DNA of 64,000 nt from Atopobium sp. (lineage in GTDB: Bacteria; Actinomycetota; Coriobacteriia; Coriobacteriales; Atopobiaceae). The notes under the pieces were generated by a model. The model did not search any database, was not told where the DNA came from, and saw only the letters and a list, made by a program, of their open reading frames with translations. Every line of letters starts with the position of its first letter. The first letter of the stretch is position 1. The stretch lies in contig JABZGY010000002.1 of the NCBI GenBank assembly GCA_015259155.1, positions 6,697-70,696 on the forward strand, in the 5' to 3' direction. This document shows positions 39,618 to 48,699 of the stretch, piece by piece. A program made the position numbers and the translations under genes.

Positions 39618-40427
39618 CTACTTAATCAGGACGTTTCCTTCATAGCTGTCATGAACATCCTGAGGCGTGACGCCCATGTGCTTCTTATATAGTCTGCTGA
39701 AATAGAACGGATCGCTATAGCCAACCGCCTCGGAAGTCTCTCGCACAGAAAGACCAGATTGAAGTAGCTGTTGAGCATGATCAAGACGCTTTGCAATAAT
39801 GAATGTCATTGGGCGAACGCCAAATGTTTGGACAAAATTGTTGGAGAAACGTTGAGTGCTCATTCCGCAACGTTTAGCCAGGCCAGGGATGGTAATTGGA
39901 TCTGCAAAGTGGAGCTCAATATACGTGCGAGCCTCGGCCATGCTCTCCTGAACCTTTTGGCTGTTGGTGAGTAGAAACATAGACTTGATGAGCTCGGTGC
40001 CATTGACAATCTGAGCAACACGATTGTCCAGCGATGGGGTGGTGTTAAGTTTTTCCAGGTCAAGCACCTTATCAAGAATGCGGTCGAATCCCTGAGGATC
40101 AAATGCATAGGCATTGAAGATTGGGCTGGTGACATCGCCCTGAATGCCATCATAGTAGATGTTTACATGGTCAAACGAACGTCCGTAAAGGGTTCGATAC
40201 GTTACGGTCTGACCTGCAGGAACATGTACAACCGTGGTTCCTTCACAGACAAATTCATTTCCACCAATAGTAATTTCGGCAGCTCCAAAAACAGGAATGA
40301 TGAAAACAGAATGAGCAAGCGAAAAGGTAACTTGGGAGTCAGCAATCTTCTGTTGGCGGTTGATTGAAAACACACTATACGTCTGCCGCGAATAGGTCTT
40401 TTTTAGTTCTTGCAGATTAGCCTGCAT
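39618..40427 (-). CDS. AraC-family transcriptional regulator
   Basis: C-terminal double HTH (LAKRCGMS..FS..F...FG..P...RL..A..LL...VGYSDPFYFSRLYKK.MGVTP). Confidence 0.92.
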   Translation of the reverse strand: MQANLQELKKTYSRQTYSVFSINRQQKIADSQVTFSLAHSVFIIPVFGAAEITIGGNEFVCEGTTVVHVPAGQTVTYRTLYGRSFDHVNIYYDGIQGDVTSPIFNAYAFDPQGFDRILDKVLDLEKLNTTPSLDNRVAQIVNGTELIKSMFLLTNSQKVQESMAEARTYIELHFADPITIPGLAKRCGMSTQRFSNNFVQTFGVRPMTFIIAKRLDHAQQLLQSGLSVRETSEAVGYSDPFYFSRLYKKHMGVTPQDVHDSYEGNVLIK

Positions 40428-40863
40428 AGAATCTCCTCATTTCACAAGCGTCCTACCATACTGAATATAAAAAATGACATGGAGAGTATTTTAGTCAGCA
40501 GAGCAGCGATTGCAACCCAAAATAAAAGAAAAAATACCATTTCAGGGGTTAATTTTTGATTAACGAGAAAGACAATTGCCTACGTAACTTTTATAGAATG
40601 ATTTTAAAAAGAACAATTTATGAATAAATTTTGTCCATTTAAATTAAAGATTTTACATTTTGATTGTTCGCTTTAAACTGCCGATAAATAGCGTTTTTTG
40701 ATACCATGAATTAGTTATGCACAAATGGTTTCTTCAGGTTAACTTTAGATACTGCAAACTTCATTGAGATGTCGTAGCTTTCTTTTAGTTTGCCATGAAT
40801 TCCATTGGTTTTAGGTTTAGGTTTTGTTGGCTTCTGTAGAGGTTTCTCGTAGAAGGTTTGTAT

Positions 40864-42900
40864 ATGGAGCAGCTTGCACACGTTTTTTCACTTATCGTTC
40901 AGCCCGCATACGACTTGACCGGCAGTTGGTGGGCGGCAATCTTCCTTTTTACTCTTGCGACTAAAATCATCCTGATGCCCCTGGCACTTTGGACGCAACA
41001 AAATTCTATTGTTATGGTGCGCCTTATGCCCGAGACCTTCCGCTTAAAGACTCGCTACTTCGGCGACAGGGAGACCATCGAGGAGCGCTCCAACGAGCTC
41101 AACAAAAAGGCAGGCTATCACCCGCTATTGAGTCTTATTCCTCTGGCAATCCAGGTAGTCATCCTGTTCGGCCTAGTTGACGTTATCCATGGCATCACCG
41201 ATTCTGGTGCGCCTGGCACAGAGTTTTTGGGCATGACCCCAATCATCGATGGCGGTATCACCTGGATTATGCCACTGGCAGCAGCTTTGTCCTCGGTTGC
41301 TCTTGGTCTTGCTTCCAACAAGCTGAATCCGCTTCAGCGCGAGCAGTCTCGTGCAGAGAAGAACACCACAAACGGCCTTTCTATTGCAATGTCGCTGGTA
41401 CTTGCAGTCTACGTTGTCTGTGGCATGGCATTCTATTGGGTTTGCTCAAACCTTCTCTCAATCCTGGTCCAAATTGTCTGCAACATCATCATCGACCCTC
41501 GTAAGCAGGTTGATTACGACGATCTCAATGCTGCTCGCGACGAGTTTGAGGCAATGGACGCAGCAACCAAGTCCACTCACAAGTGGTTCCAGCGCGATCC
41601 TCATGCCGCTCGCGAAAAAGAGGACTACAAGCGCTTCTTTGACACCATCGGCAAGCACCTGGTCTTTTACTCCGAATCAAGCGGTTTCTACAAGTACTTC
41701 CAGGGCGCCATCGAGTGGCTGCTGGCAAACTCTGACATTCGTATCCACTATGTCACCTCTGACCCTAACGACCAGGTCTTTGAACTGGCAAAACAGCAGC
41801 CTCGCCTGATTCCGTATTACTTGGGTCAGCGTCGCCTTATCACGCTTTTCATGAAGCTCGACGCTGATGTTGTGGTAACTTCCCTCGGCGACCTGGAGAG
41901 CTCCTACATGAAGCGCTCCTACGTGCGCAAAGACGCTGAATACATGTATATGTGTCACCATATGACCTCCATGACGGTCACCTCAACGCGCAACGAGTAC
42001 ACCTACTACGACGACGTCCTCTGTGTTGGTCCTCACCAGCAGCACGATCTTGAGCTGGTCGAGAAGTACTACGGCACGCCATCTAAGAGAAAGCCTGCTA
42101 TTGGCTACGATCTTCTCGACAGGTCAATCAAGAACTACCAGAAGCAGAATCTGGGCCAGCGTAAACCTGGCGAGAAACCCCTGTTGCTGATTGGTCCTTC
42201 GTGGCAGTACGACAACTTGATGGATAGCTGCCTTGACGGCCTGCTTGAGCAGCTCATGGGCCGCGGCTGGCGCATTGTGGTCCGCCCACACCCAGAGTAT
42301 TTGAAGCGCTATCCTGCCCGCATGGAGGAGATTCTTGCTCGCTACGCTGACGCGGACCCAGAGGAGCTCTCCTTTGAGACTGACTTCAGCTCCAACACTT
42401 CGGTTCTCTCGGCTGATCTGCTGTTTACTGACTGGTCGAGTGTTGCTGAGGAGTTCTCATTTACCACGCTCAAGCCGTCGGTCTTCATTGATACCGCGAT
42501 GAAGGAGAATAACCCCGACTGGAGCAAGATTCATTCGGATCCATGTGACATTACGCTCAGGAATGAGATTGGCCGCAGCTTTGATCCTAAGGACCTTTCG
42601 GGCCTTGGCGACGCGGTTGCGCAGATGCTTGAAGAGACCGATAGCTGGTCGCACAAGATTGAAGAGATTCGTAACAACATGATCTTTAATCTCGGCCACG
42701 GTGGAGAAGCCGCAGGTAAGTTCATCCTCGAGCGCGTTTTGGCGCACCAGGAAGAGGCTGCCGCTGAGGTTGCAGACAACGCTACTACCAAGAAGAACGC
42801 TGCTGCGGACGCTGCAGACGATGACGAGAAAAGCGACGCCGTCAGCTCCACTAAAGACGCCACAAAGACAACTGATGAGGACGGTGTTTCTCGTGACTAA
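40864..42900 (+). CDS. YidC/Oxa1 insertase domain fused to a CDP-glycerol:glycerophosphate transferase (TagB/TagF-like) domain
   Basis: WWAAIFLFT...K..L.PL, P...L.PL..Q and FYW..SN...I.Q YidC motifs; C-terminal IGPSW, VRPHP, DLLFTDWSSVAEEFSF...KP.VF motifs. Confidence 0.82.
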   Translation: MEQLAHVFSLIVQPAYDLTGSWWAAIFLFTLATKIILMPLALWTQQNSIVMVRLMPETFRLKTRYFGDRETIEERSNELNKKAGYHPLLSLIPLAIQVVILFGLVDVIHGITDSGAPGTEFLGMTPIIDGGITWIMPLAAALSSVALGLASNKLNPLQREQSRAEKNTTNGLSIAMSLVLAVYVVCGMAFYWVCSNLLSILVQIVCNIIIDPRKQVDYDDLNAARDEFEAMDAATKSTHKWFQRDPHAAREKEDYKRFFDTIGKHLVFYSESSGFYKYFQGAIEWLLANSDIRIHYVTSDPNDQVFELAKQQPRLIPYYLGQRRLITLFMKLDADVVVTSLGDLESSYMKRSYVRKDAEYMYMCHHMTSMTVTSTRNEYTYYDDVLCVGPHQQHDLELVEKYYGTPSKRKPAIGYDLLDRSIKNYQKQNLGQRKPGEKPLLLIGPSWQYDNLMDSCLDGLLEQLMGRGWRIVVRPHPEYLKRYPARMEEILARYADADPEELSFETDFSSNTSVLSADLLFTDWSSVAEEFSFTTLKPSVFIDTAMKENNPDWSKIHSDPCDITLRNEIGRSFDPKDLSGLGDAVAQMLEETDSWSHKIEEIRNNMIFNLGHGGEAAGKFILERVLAHQEEAAAEVADNATTKKNAAADAADDDEKSDAVSSTKDATKTTDEDGVSRD

Positions 42901-45046
42901 AACAACAACTTCTACCATGAGAAACTCTTGCAGCGCCGCTATTCAAAGCAGCGCGTCCTTCCTTCATGGAGCGTTTTTTGTCGCAGTACTGACATTTGTA
43001 TGGTGGGCACTTCTACCAGCAACAGCTCAGGCTTACGTTGACCCGTCAGTTATGACCTACACCATCCAGGCATTGGCAGCAGTTGTAGTTGCGCTCTCTG
43101 CGGTCCTTGGCGTTGCGTTTAGGCGTTCTCGTAAGGTGCTCTTCCGTCTGCTTAAGATTGATGAGAACGCCAATAAGATTGTCGAAGGCAAAGTTCACAA
43201 GATTGACGCCAAAGGTGCAGAAGCTGCAAATACTCAGATGAAAGAAATCCTTGCAGCAGAGGCCGTCCGTCTCAAGGAACAAAAAGAGGGAACCCTCAAA
43301 CCTAAGGGTCGCATTGGTGTCGCATTTCTTGTCTCTTTCTTTACTGTCTTTACTATCTTGGTTGTAGCCCCACTTGAGCTGGTAGCAAGCAATGCGCGAG
43401 ACCTTTCTTTCAACCTCAATGATGTTGCAGGTCCCGTTATTATTGCAGGCCTTATTATTACGATCATTCTTACAGTGTTTCTATCGCTCCTGCGTAAGCG
43501 CGTGTTTAACGTTGCCATTGCGTTTGTGGGGGCCATCGGTGTGGCGTCGTACGTTCAGGCTGTATTCTTGAACGGTGGTATGCCACTTGCTGATGGTCAT
43601 GAGGTTATTTGGTCCAACTTCACAACTCAAATGATTGTCTCCGGCCTCATTTGGCTGGCAATCATTGCAGCTGCAGTGACCTTCTCGCTCCTAAAAGCAC
43701 GTCAGCTCCGAACGGGCCTTTTGGTAACCGCAACCGCTCTTATCATTGTCCAGACAGTGGGCGTTGCAAGTCTGTGGGGACCAGCAATTGCAGCGTCGAT
43801 AGATGCTCATGCCGAACACCAGCAGGTTATCGCAACGCGCGAGGGCCTCTACAGCGTTTCCTCCAAGAAGAACGTCGTGGTGTTTGTCCTGGACACTACC
43901 GATACTGCCTTTGTCCAGAAGCTTTACGATGAGTATCCAGAGACATTTGCGCCTCTTACCGGCTTTACCTGGTACAGAAATTCCGTAGGTTCCATGATTC
44001 CAACGCGCTACGGTGTTCCATCGCTGCTCTTTGGCTCTCGTCCTCAGCCTGGCGAGAATTTCAACGATTTTGTCTACAACTGGGCACAAAGTGATCAGTA
44101 CCTCAAGGATATTCAGAATGCTGGATATCAAGCAGGTTTGTATACGGATCAGTTGAACTACTCTCACTACAGAGACACTGCGCAGAAGTATTCCATCAAC
44201 TACCATGAGCCTCGTGGTCGTGGTATAGATAACCAGCTAGACGTGCTAGGTGCGCTGCGCATTCTCTACAAGACGGCATTCTGTAGGGACATGCCTTGGG
44301 TATTTAAACCTCGATTCTGGTATTACACCGAGGATCTCAATATGCGTATGCGCAGACCAGTCAATATGGACGAGGTCGATCTTTCTTCTCAGCCTTTCAC
44401 CGAGGATGACCTCAAGTATTACCAGGAACTTCAACACTACGGCCTCTCGATTGACGACAGCGCTGGCCAGAAGGGCTCGTTCCGCTTTATCCACCTTTTT
44501 GGTTCACACCCACCTTATACGCTTGATCGTAACGTTGAGCCTACCAGCGATCCAAGCAAGCAAAACGTTGAAGAGCAGACTATTGGCGCGTATAGGATTG
44601 TTGCGCAGTATATTGCTGAGCTTAAACGTCTTGGTGTGTATGAAAACACGTCTTTTATTATTACCGCAGATCACGGTGACTGGTATTTGACTGATTCCGA
44701 CATCCAACAGCCTTCCGCTCCAGTCATTATGTATAAACCAGCTGGTCAGACCCCTGAAGAGGCCGCGCAGCCTATGCAGATTTCTGACGCGCCTGTCTGG
44801 CACTACGACATCTTGGCGCAGACGCTGAAGGACATGGGCGTTGACCAGCAGACGCTTTCTAACTACACCACGCCGCTTGATGAGTCTTATGAGGGTGAGG
44901 TACGTCCTCGTTACTACATTGAGACCATTTCAAACGGCAAGCACGACATCTTTGTCAGGGAGTTTGTCATTAACGGCGACGCCAATGACATGAAGAACTG
45001 GAGTCTCACGGGCAACGAATGGCCTGTTGAACCATGGCATGACTAA
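42893..45046 (+). CDS. Membrane-anchored sulfatase/alkaline-phosphatase-fold protein (LTA synthase-like)
   Basis: AQAYVDP N-terminal segment, ~5 further TM helices, NVVVFVLDT, FIHLFGSHPPY, IITADHG motifs; start (GTG 42893 or ATG 42917) uncertain. Confidence 0.8.
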   Translation: MTKTTTSTMRNSCSAAIQSSASFLHGAFFVAVLTFVWWALLPATAQAYVDPSVMTYTIQALAAVVVALSAVLGVAFRRSRKVLFRLLKIDENANKIVEGKVHKIDAKGAEAANTQMKEILAAEAVRLKEQKEGTLKPKGRIGVAFLVSFFTVFTILVVAPLELVASNARDLSFNLNDVAGPVIIAGLIITIILTVFLSLLRKRVFNVAIAFVGAIGVASYVQAVFLNGGMPLADGHEVIWSNFTTQMIVSGLIWLAIIAAAVTFSLLKARQLRTGLLVTATALIIVQTVGVASLWGPAIAASIDAHAEHQQVIATREGLYSVSSKKNVVVFVLDTTDTAFVQKLYDEYPETFAPLTGFTWYRNSVGSMIPTRYGVPSLLFGSRPQPGENFNDFVYNWAQSDQYLKDIQNAGYQAGLYTDQLNYSHYRDTAQKYSINYHEPRGRGIDNQLDVLGALRILYKTAFCRDMPWVFKPRFWYYTEDLNMRMRRPVNMDEVDLSSQPFTEDDLKYYQELQHYGLSIDDSAGQKGSFRFIHLFGSHPPYTLDRNVEPTSDPSKQNVEEQTIGAYRIVAQYIAELKRLGVYENTSFIITADHGDWYLTDSDIQQPSAPVIMYKPAGQTPEEAAQPMQISDAPVWHYDILAQTLKDMGVDQQTLSNYTTPLDESYEGEVRPRYYIETISNGKHDIFVREFVINGDANDMKNWSLTGNEWPVEPWHD

Positions 45047-45128
45047 GCTGGGTGCTTTGACGCGCCTGGCGAGAAACCCGGCGTGCCCACTGCCGAGAAA
45101 CCCGGGGTGCGAGAAACCCATCTACAAG

Positions 45129-45159
45129 AAAAGCCGTGTCCAAACGACACGGCTTTTTT
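45129..45159. terminator. Bidirectional terminator
   Basis: AAAAGCCGTGTC/GACACGGCTTTT stem between convergent genes. Confidence 0.8.
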
Positions 45160-45210
45160 GGTGACCAGTTATACGAGCAGCTCTGTTACGAGCCCATCTG
45201 CGAGCTTGGA

Positions 45211-46947
45211 TTACTGTGGCAAAATCCAGCTAGGAAGGCCGTCAGAGAAGATACGTGCAAGTGGATACGCTTCTTCAATGGTTAGCGCTGCAACAACGTG
45301 ATAAGGGCCCTCTGCTGATGCATCAAATACCAGCGCAAGGGGTTTCTCGCCATCAGAGGTAGGAAGTGCAAGGTAGACGCAGTGCTTGGATGGATTGTAG
45401 AGCTCAACGGCCATGCGCCATCCATGCTTGGCAGCTCGCAGGGCATTCTGTACCAGAGGCGAGTCGTCATCAAATCCGCGCTCGGGATCAAAGAGCAGGG
45501 GCGCGACACCTGGAACGGGAAGCGAGAAGTCAGCGTCAGTATGCATGAGCTGCTGCTCGTTCTTTCTGTAGACATACGCTGCGGAAAGACAAGCCTGTGC
45601 AGCCTGCAACGAAGGCGCGTCGCTCAGATAGGTGGTGCTAAGCGCATTCCAATCGGAGACAGGAGCCTCGTTCATGACCACGTCAACAGGGTTTATGGAC
45701 AGCTGCTTTTCTGCGGCGGGCAGCTTCTCCCATGAAGCGATACCAGACTTAGGCAGACCGCGAAGCACGTCAACTGCCTGATCCTGCAGCTCACTTGCAG
45801 AAACGCTAAGCTCCAAGAGCGTCCAAGGACGCAGAGCTCCGCGTTTTGACTTGCGGATGGTAGCGGTAATTACCTCGTCTGTCTGCGGTTTCTTGTAACG
45901 CGTGTTAAACGTAAACGTGCCGCCCTTGGAAATGAGCGCGCGAGAAGACACTGCAAGTTTGAAGTCTTCCTCCAGCTGCTTGAGGACGTTGGCGTCAACG
46001 GGAGCCATCTGATACAAAATGCCGAGAAGCTCGTTGTTGACGTGGAGGTCTTCCTCAAAATCGGCTGGGTATGTTGGGGCAGGGGCAGGAGCTTCATTCT
46101 GATTGATTACCTGCGTAGAAGTTTGGGATTCAGAAGCTGTAATGCTAGAGGCAGAACTTGTTGCACTCATTGCCTGCTGCAATACTGAAGGAGCAGCTTC
46201 AAGCGTCTTCTCTTCATCGGAGCCGTCGTAGGGGTTATAGGTTACGGTAAGCGAGATGGTTGGCTCAGGCACTACAGGTTCGGGCACTGTCGGCTCAGCA
46301 GTTTTAGACTCTGGAGCTGGCGTTTCGGTCTCGTCAGGTTCTGGAGATGCGTCATCAGCGGTTCCAGCGGGCTCTGGAGTGACATCATCGGCAGATTCTT
46401 GCTGGAAGTCTTCTTCAGGCGCCTCTGCACAAGGCGTTGCTACAACAGGTGTCCCAGCAGCAGATTCCTCTGTGACTAGTGCTGTTTCTGCAGCTGACAG
46501 TTCCTCCGAGCTCTCCGTGACAGGTAGCTCCTCTGGCTCCGTCAACTCTTCCTGTGCAGGAAGCTCCTCAACTTCAGGTTCCGCTTCAACTACTAGGTGC
46601 TTTGGCTTGAGTGCGCGAATGGACTTTGCTCCACGGCGGCGTTTCCATGGTTTACCGTTGCTTTGGGGCTCGACGTTTTTCTCGCCAGCTACAAGGGCAG
46701 CCTCAAAGATGTCAAAAGTCAAAAGCGTTGCGTAGACGTAACCCTTTTTGAAGGCTGTGATCTTAATGAAATCGGGGCACGCCTCCATGAGGGCGCGGAT
46801 GTCGTCAAAGCCAAAATCCTGCGGTGCAAGGTCGTCTTCAATGAGCACGCCCTCAACGGTAGAGAGGGGAGTCTGCTTAGAGACGCCAATGGTTGCTTTG
46901 AGTAGTTTATACAGGTAGAGAGCGTGTTCTTGTTTTATAACAGCCAT
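45211..46947 (-). CDS. Hypothetical protein with acidic Pro/Glu-rich linker (possibly DUF3825-like C-terminus)
   Basis: Long ORF with AGGAG RBS; globular N- and C-terminal parts; family call tentative. Confidence 0.7.
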   Translation of the reverse strand: MAVIKQEHALYLYKLLKATIGVSKQTPLSTVEGVLIEDDLAPQDFGFDDIRALMEACPDFIKITAFKKGYVYATLLTFDIFEAALVAGEKNVEPQSNGKPWKRRRGAKSIRALKPKHLVVEAEPEVEELPAQEELTEPEELPVTESSEELSAAETALVTEESAAGTPVVATPCAEAPEEDFQQESADDVTPEPAGTADDASPEPDETETPAPESKTAEPTVPEPVVPEPTISLTVTYNPYDGSDEEKTLEAAPSVLQQAMSATSSASSITASESQTSTQVINQNEAPAPAPTYPADFEEDLHVNNELLGILYQMAPVDANVLKQLEEDFKLAVSSRALISKGGTFTFNTRYKKPQTDEVITATIRKSKRGALRPWTLLELSVSASELQDQAVDVLRGLPKSGIASWEKLPAAEKQLSINPVDVVMNEAPVSDWNALSTTYLSDAPSLQAAQACLSAAYVYRKNEQQLMHTDADFSLPVPGVAPLLFDPERGFDDDSPLVQNALRAAKHGWRMAVELYNPSKHCVYLALPTSDGEKPLALVFDASAEGPYHVVAALTIEEAYPLARIFSDGLPSWILPQ

Positions 46948-47092
46948 GATGCTCCTGAGATAGTAGTTAGTGGACTACATACTACTCGATTTTGAACAGA
47001 CAAAGATACTGATTACGCACAGAAAGTCGCAATACGTAGCGAAAAAGCGAGAACTGGACTGATAGAATAAAGCTAGATTGAAGGGAGCTTAC

Positions 47093-48496
47093 ATGATTGG
47101 TCGTTTTATTAAGAGAGCTGCAGTTAGAGCTGCAGGTTTAGCAATTACTCAGTATGCCGCAAAGGCAGCACTTCAATCCGAGGCTGGAAGAAAGCTGCTT
47201 GCTACAACGGCTTCTAAAGCTGCCAACTTAGCTGGCAATATCGCAAAAGAGCAGATTACCGCTGGGTTTAATGCTCATATTAGGCCAGCACTGCCAAGCG
47301 GCGATGCCATTCAGTCATCAGTCGCTCGTGCTCAGTCTGCGCTTCGTTCGGCTCAGACTTCAGTTTTGGCTGCTCAGACCCAGCTTCAGTCTAATCTAGA
47401 AAATCGTTTTTCTCGCCCAAAGAACAAGCTTTCAAAGCAACTTGCAAGCACTGCAGAGTCGCTTGAAGAGATGGGGGAGACCCTGGCCGAGCACCAGGAT
47501 GCTGCTGCAGATATCGCAGTTGCAGATGTTGCTGAGGAAATTGCTGCTCAAAGCGGACAGGATTCCGACGCTCTGCTAGCCTCTACCAAGAAGCGTAAGT
47601 CGTTTAGAAATGCGGCAATTGCTGGTGGCGTTGTGGCTGGTGCTGCTCTTGGTTTGGCTGCATACGGTGCTTATTCTATTGCTCCTCGCAAGCAAAATGA
47701 TCGCCTGCTCCTGGAGCGTTGGCACGAGATTGCTCGTCATCGCTATGCTCACCGTGGCCTCTACAACAACGAGGCAGGCATTCCAGAGAACTCCCTGCTT
47801 GCTTTCCGTGCAGCTGTCGAGAAGGGCTTTGGCTCCGAGGTTGATGTTCACCTGACGGCAGACAACAAGCTGGTTGTTGTTCATGATTCAGCACTTGATC
47901 GCCTCTGTGGCGTACAGAAGATTGTTGAAGAGTCCACGCTGGAGGAACTTCGTGGTCTTAGGCTTCTTGCTACCGACGAGCAGATTCCAACGTTTGAGGA
48001 AGTCCTTGAGGTCTATGCATGGAGTGGTTCCGGTGAGCTACCTGCACCTTTGATTATTGAGGCTAAGACACGCAACAATAACGCTGAGCAGCTGACAGAA
48101 AAGATTATGCAGGCTCTTGATCTTCGTCCCGTTCGTGCATGCATCGAGAGCTTTGATCCTCGCGTTTTGCAGTGGCTGCGTCAGAACCGTCCTGAGATGC
48201 TTCGTGGCCAGCTCTCAGAGAATTTCCTGGTTGACCGCCAGACCAAGCACATGAACATTGCTACACGAGCTGGTGCTACAGCTCTCTTTGGTAATTCTGT
48301 TGGTCGTCCAGACTTCATTTCTTACAAGTTTGAAGATCGCAAGAATCCCTTTGTTAAGCTGGCTTGCAATACCATGGGCGCACATCTCATTACCTGGACC
48401 GTTAGGAGCGAGGAGGACATGATTGCCTCCGAGCTTGAAGGTGCGCCTGTCATCTTTGAGGGATTTATCCCAACCCCTGCGTCGCTGATTAACTAG
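47093..48496 (+). CDS. Glycerophosphodiester phosphodiesterase with long N-terminal helical extension and TM anchor
   Basis: YAHRG, PENSL.AF, E.DVHLTAD...VV.HD, IPTFEEVL, IESFDP, WTV motifs. Confidence 0.88.
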   Translation: MIGRFIKRAAVRAAGLAITQYAAKAALQSEAGRKLLATTASKAANLAGNIAKEQITAGFNAHIRPALPSGDAIQSSVARAQSALRSAQTSVLAAQTQLQSNLENRFSRPKNKLSKQLASTAESLEEMGETLAEHQDAAADIAVADVAEEIAAQSGQDSDALLASTKKRKSFRNAAIAGGVVAGAALGLAAYGAYSIAPRKQNDRLLLERWHEIARHRYAHRGLYNNEAGIPENSLLAFRAAVEKGFGSEVDVHLTADNKLVVVHDSALDRLCGVQKIVEESTLEELRGLRLLATDEQIPTFEEVLEVYAWSGSGELPAPLIIEAKTRNNNAEQLTEKIMQALDLRPVRACIESFDPRVLQWLRQNRPEMLRGQLSENFLVDRQTKHMNIATRAGATALFGNSVGRPDFISYKFEDRKNPFVKLACNTMGAHLITWTVRSEEDMIASELEGAPVIFEGFIPTPASLIN

Positions 48497-48632
48497 CTTT
48501 CCAATCGGTGAGAAGACCAATTGGCGAGAAGAACGTTTGGCTTAAACTACGGCCAAAATTTATAGGTTTATCTGGGACTCCACGGGTTTCTCGCCCGCGG
48601 AGTTTCTTGTGAAAAGTTCCTTAAGATTATTG

Positions 48633-48650
48633 TATGAATATATGTACATA
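48633..48650. promoter_or_regulatory. Putative ArsR/SmtB (CzrA/CadC-like) operator TATGAA-tatatg-TACATA
   Basis: Imperfect 6-6-6 palindrome upstream of a heavy-metal P-type ATPase. Confidence 0.5.
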
Positions 48651-48699
48651 TATCAATTTAAGGAGTAGACTAGGCATAACAACAACCCAAGGAGGAGCC

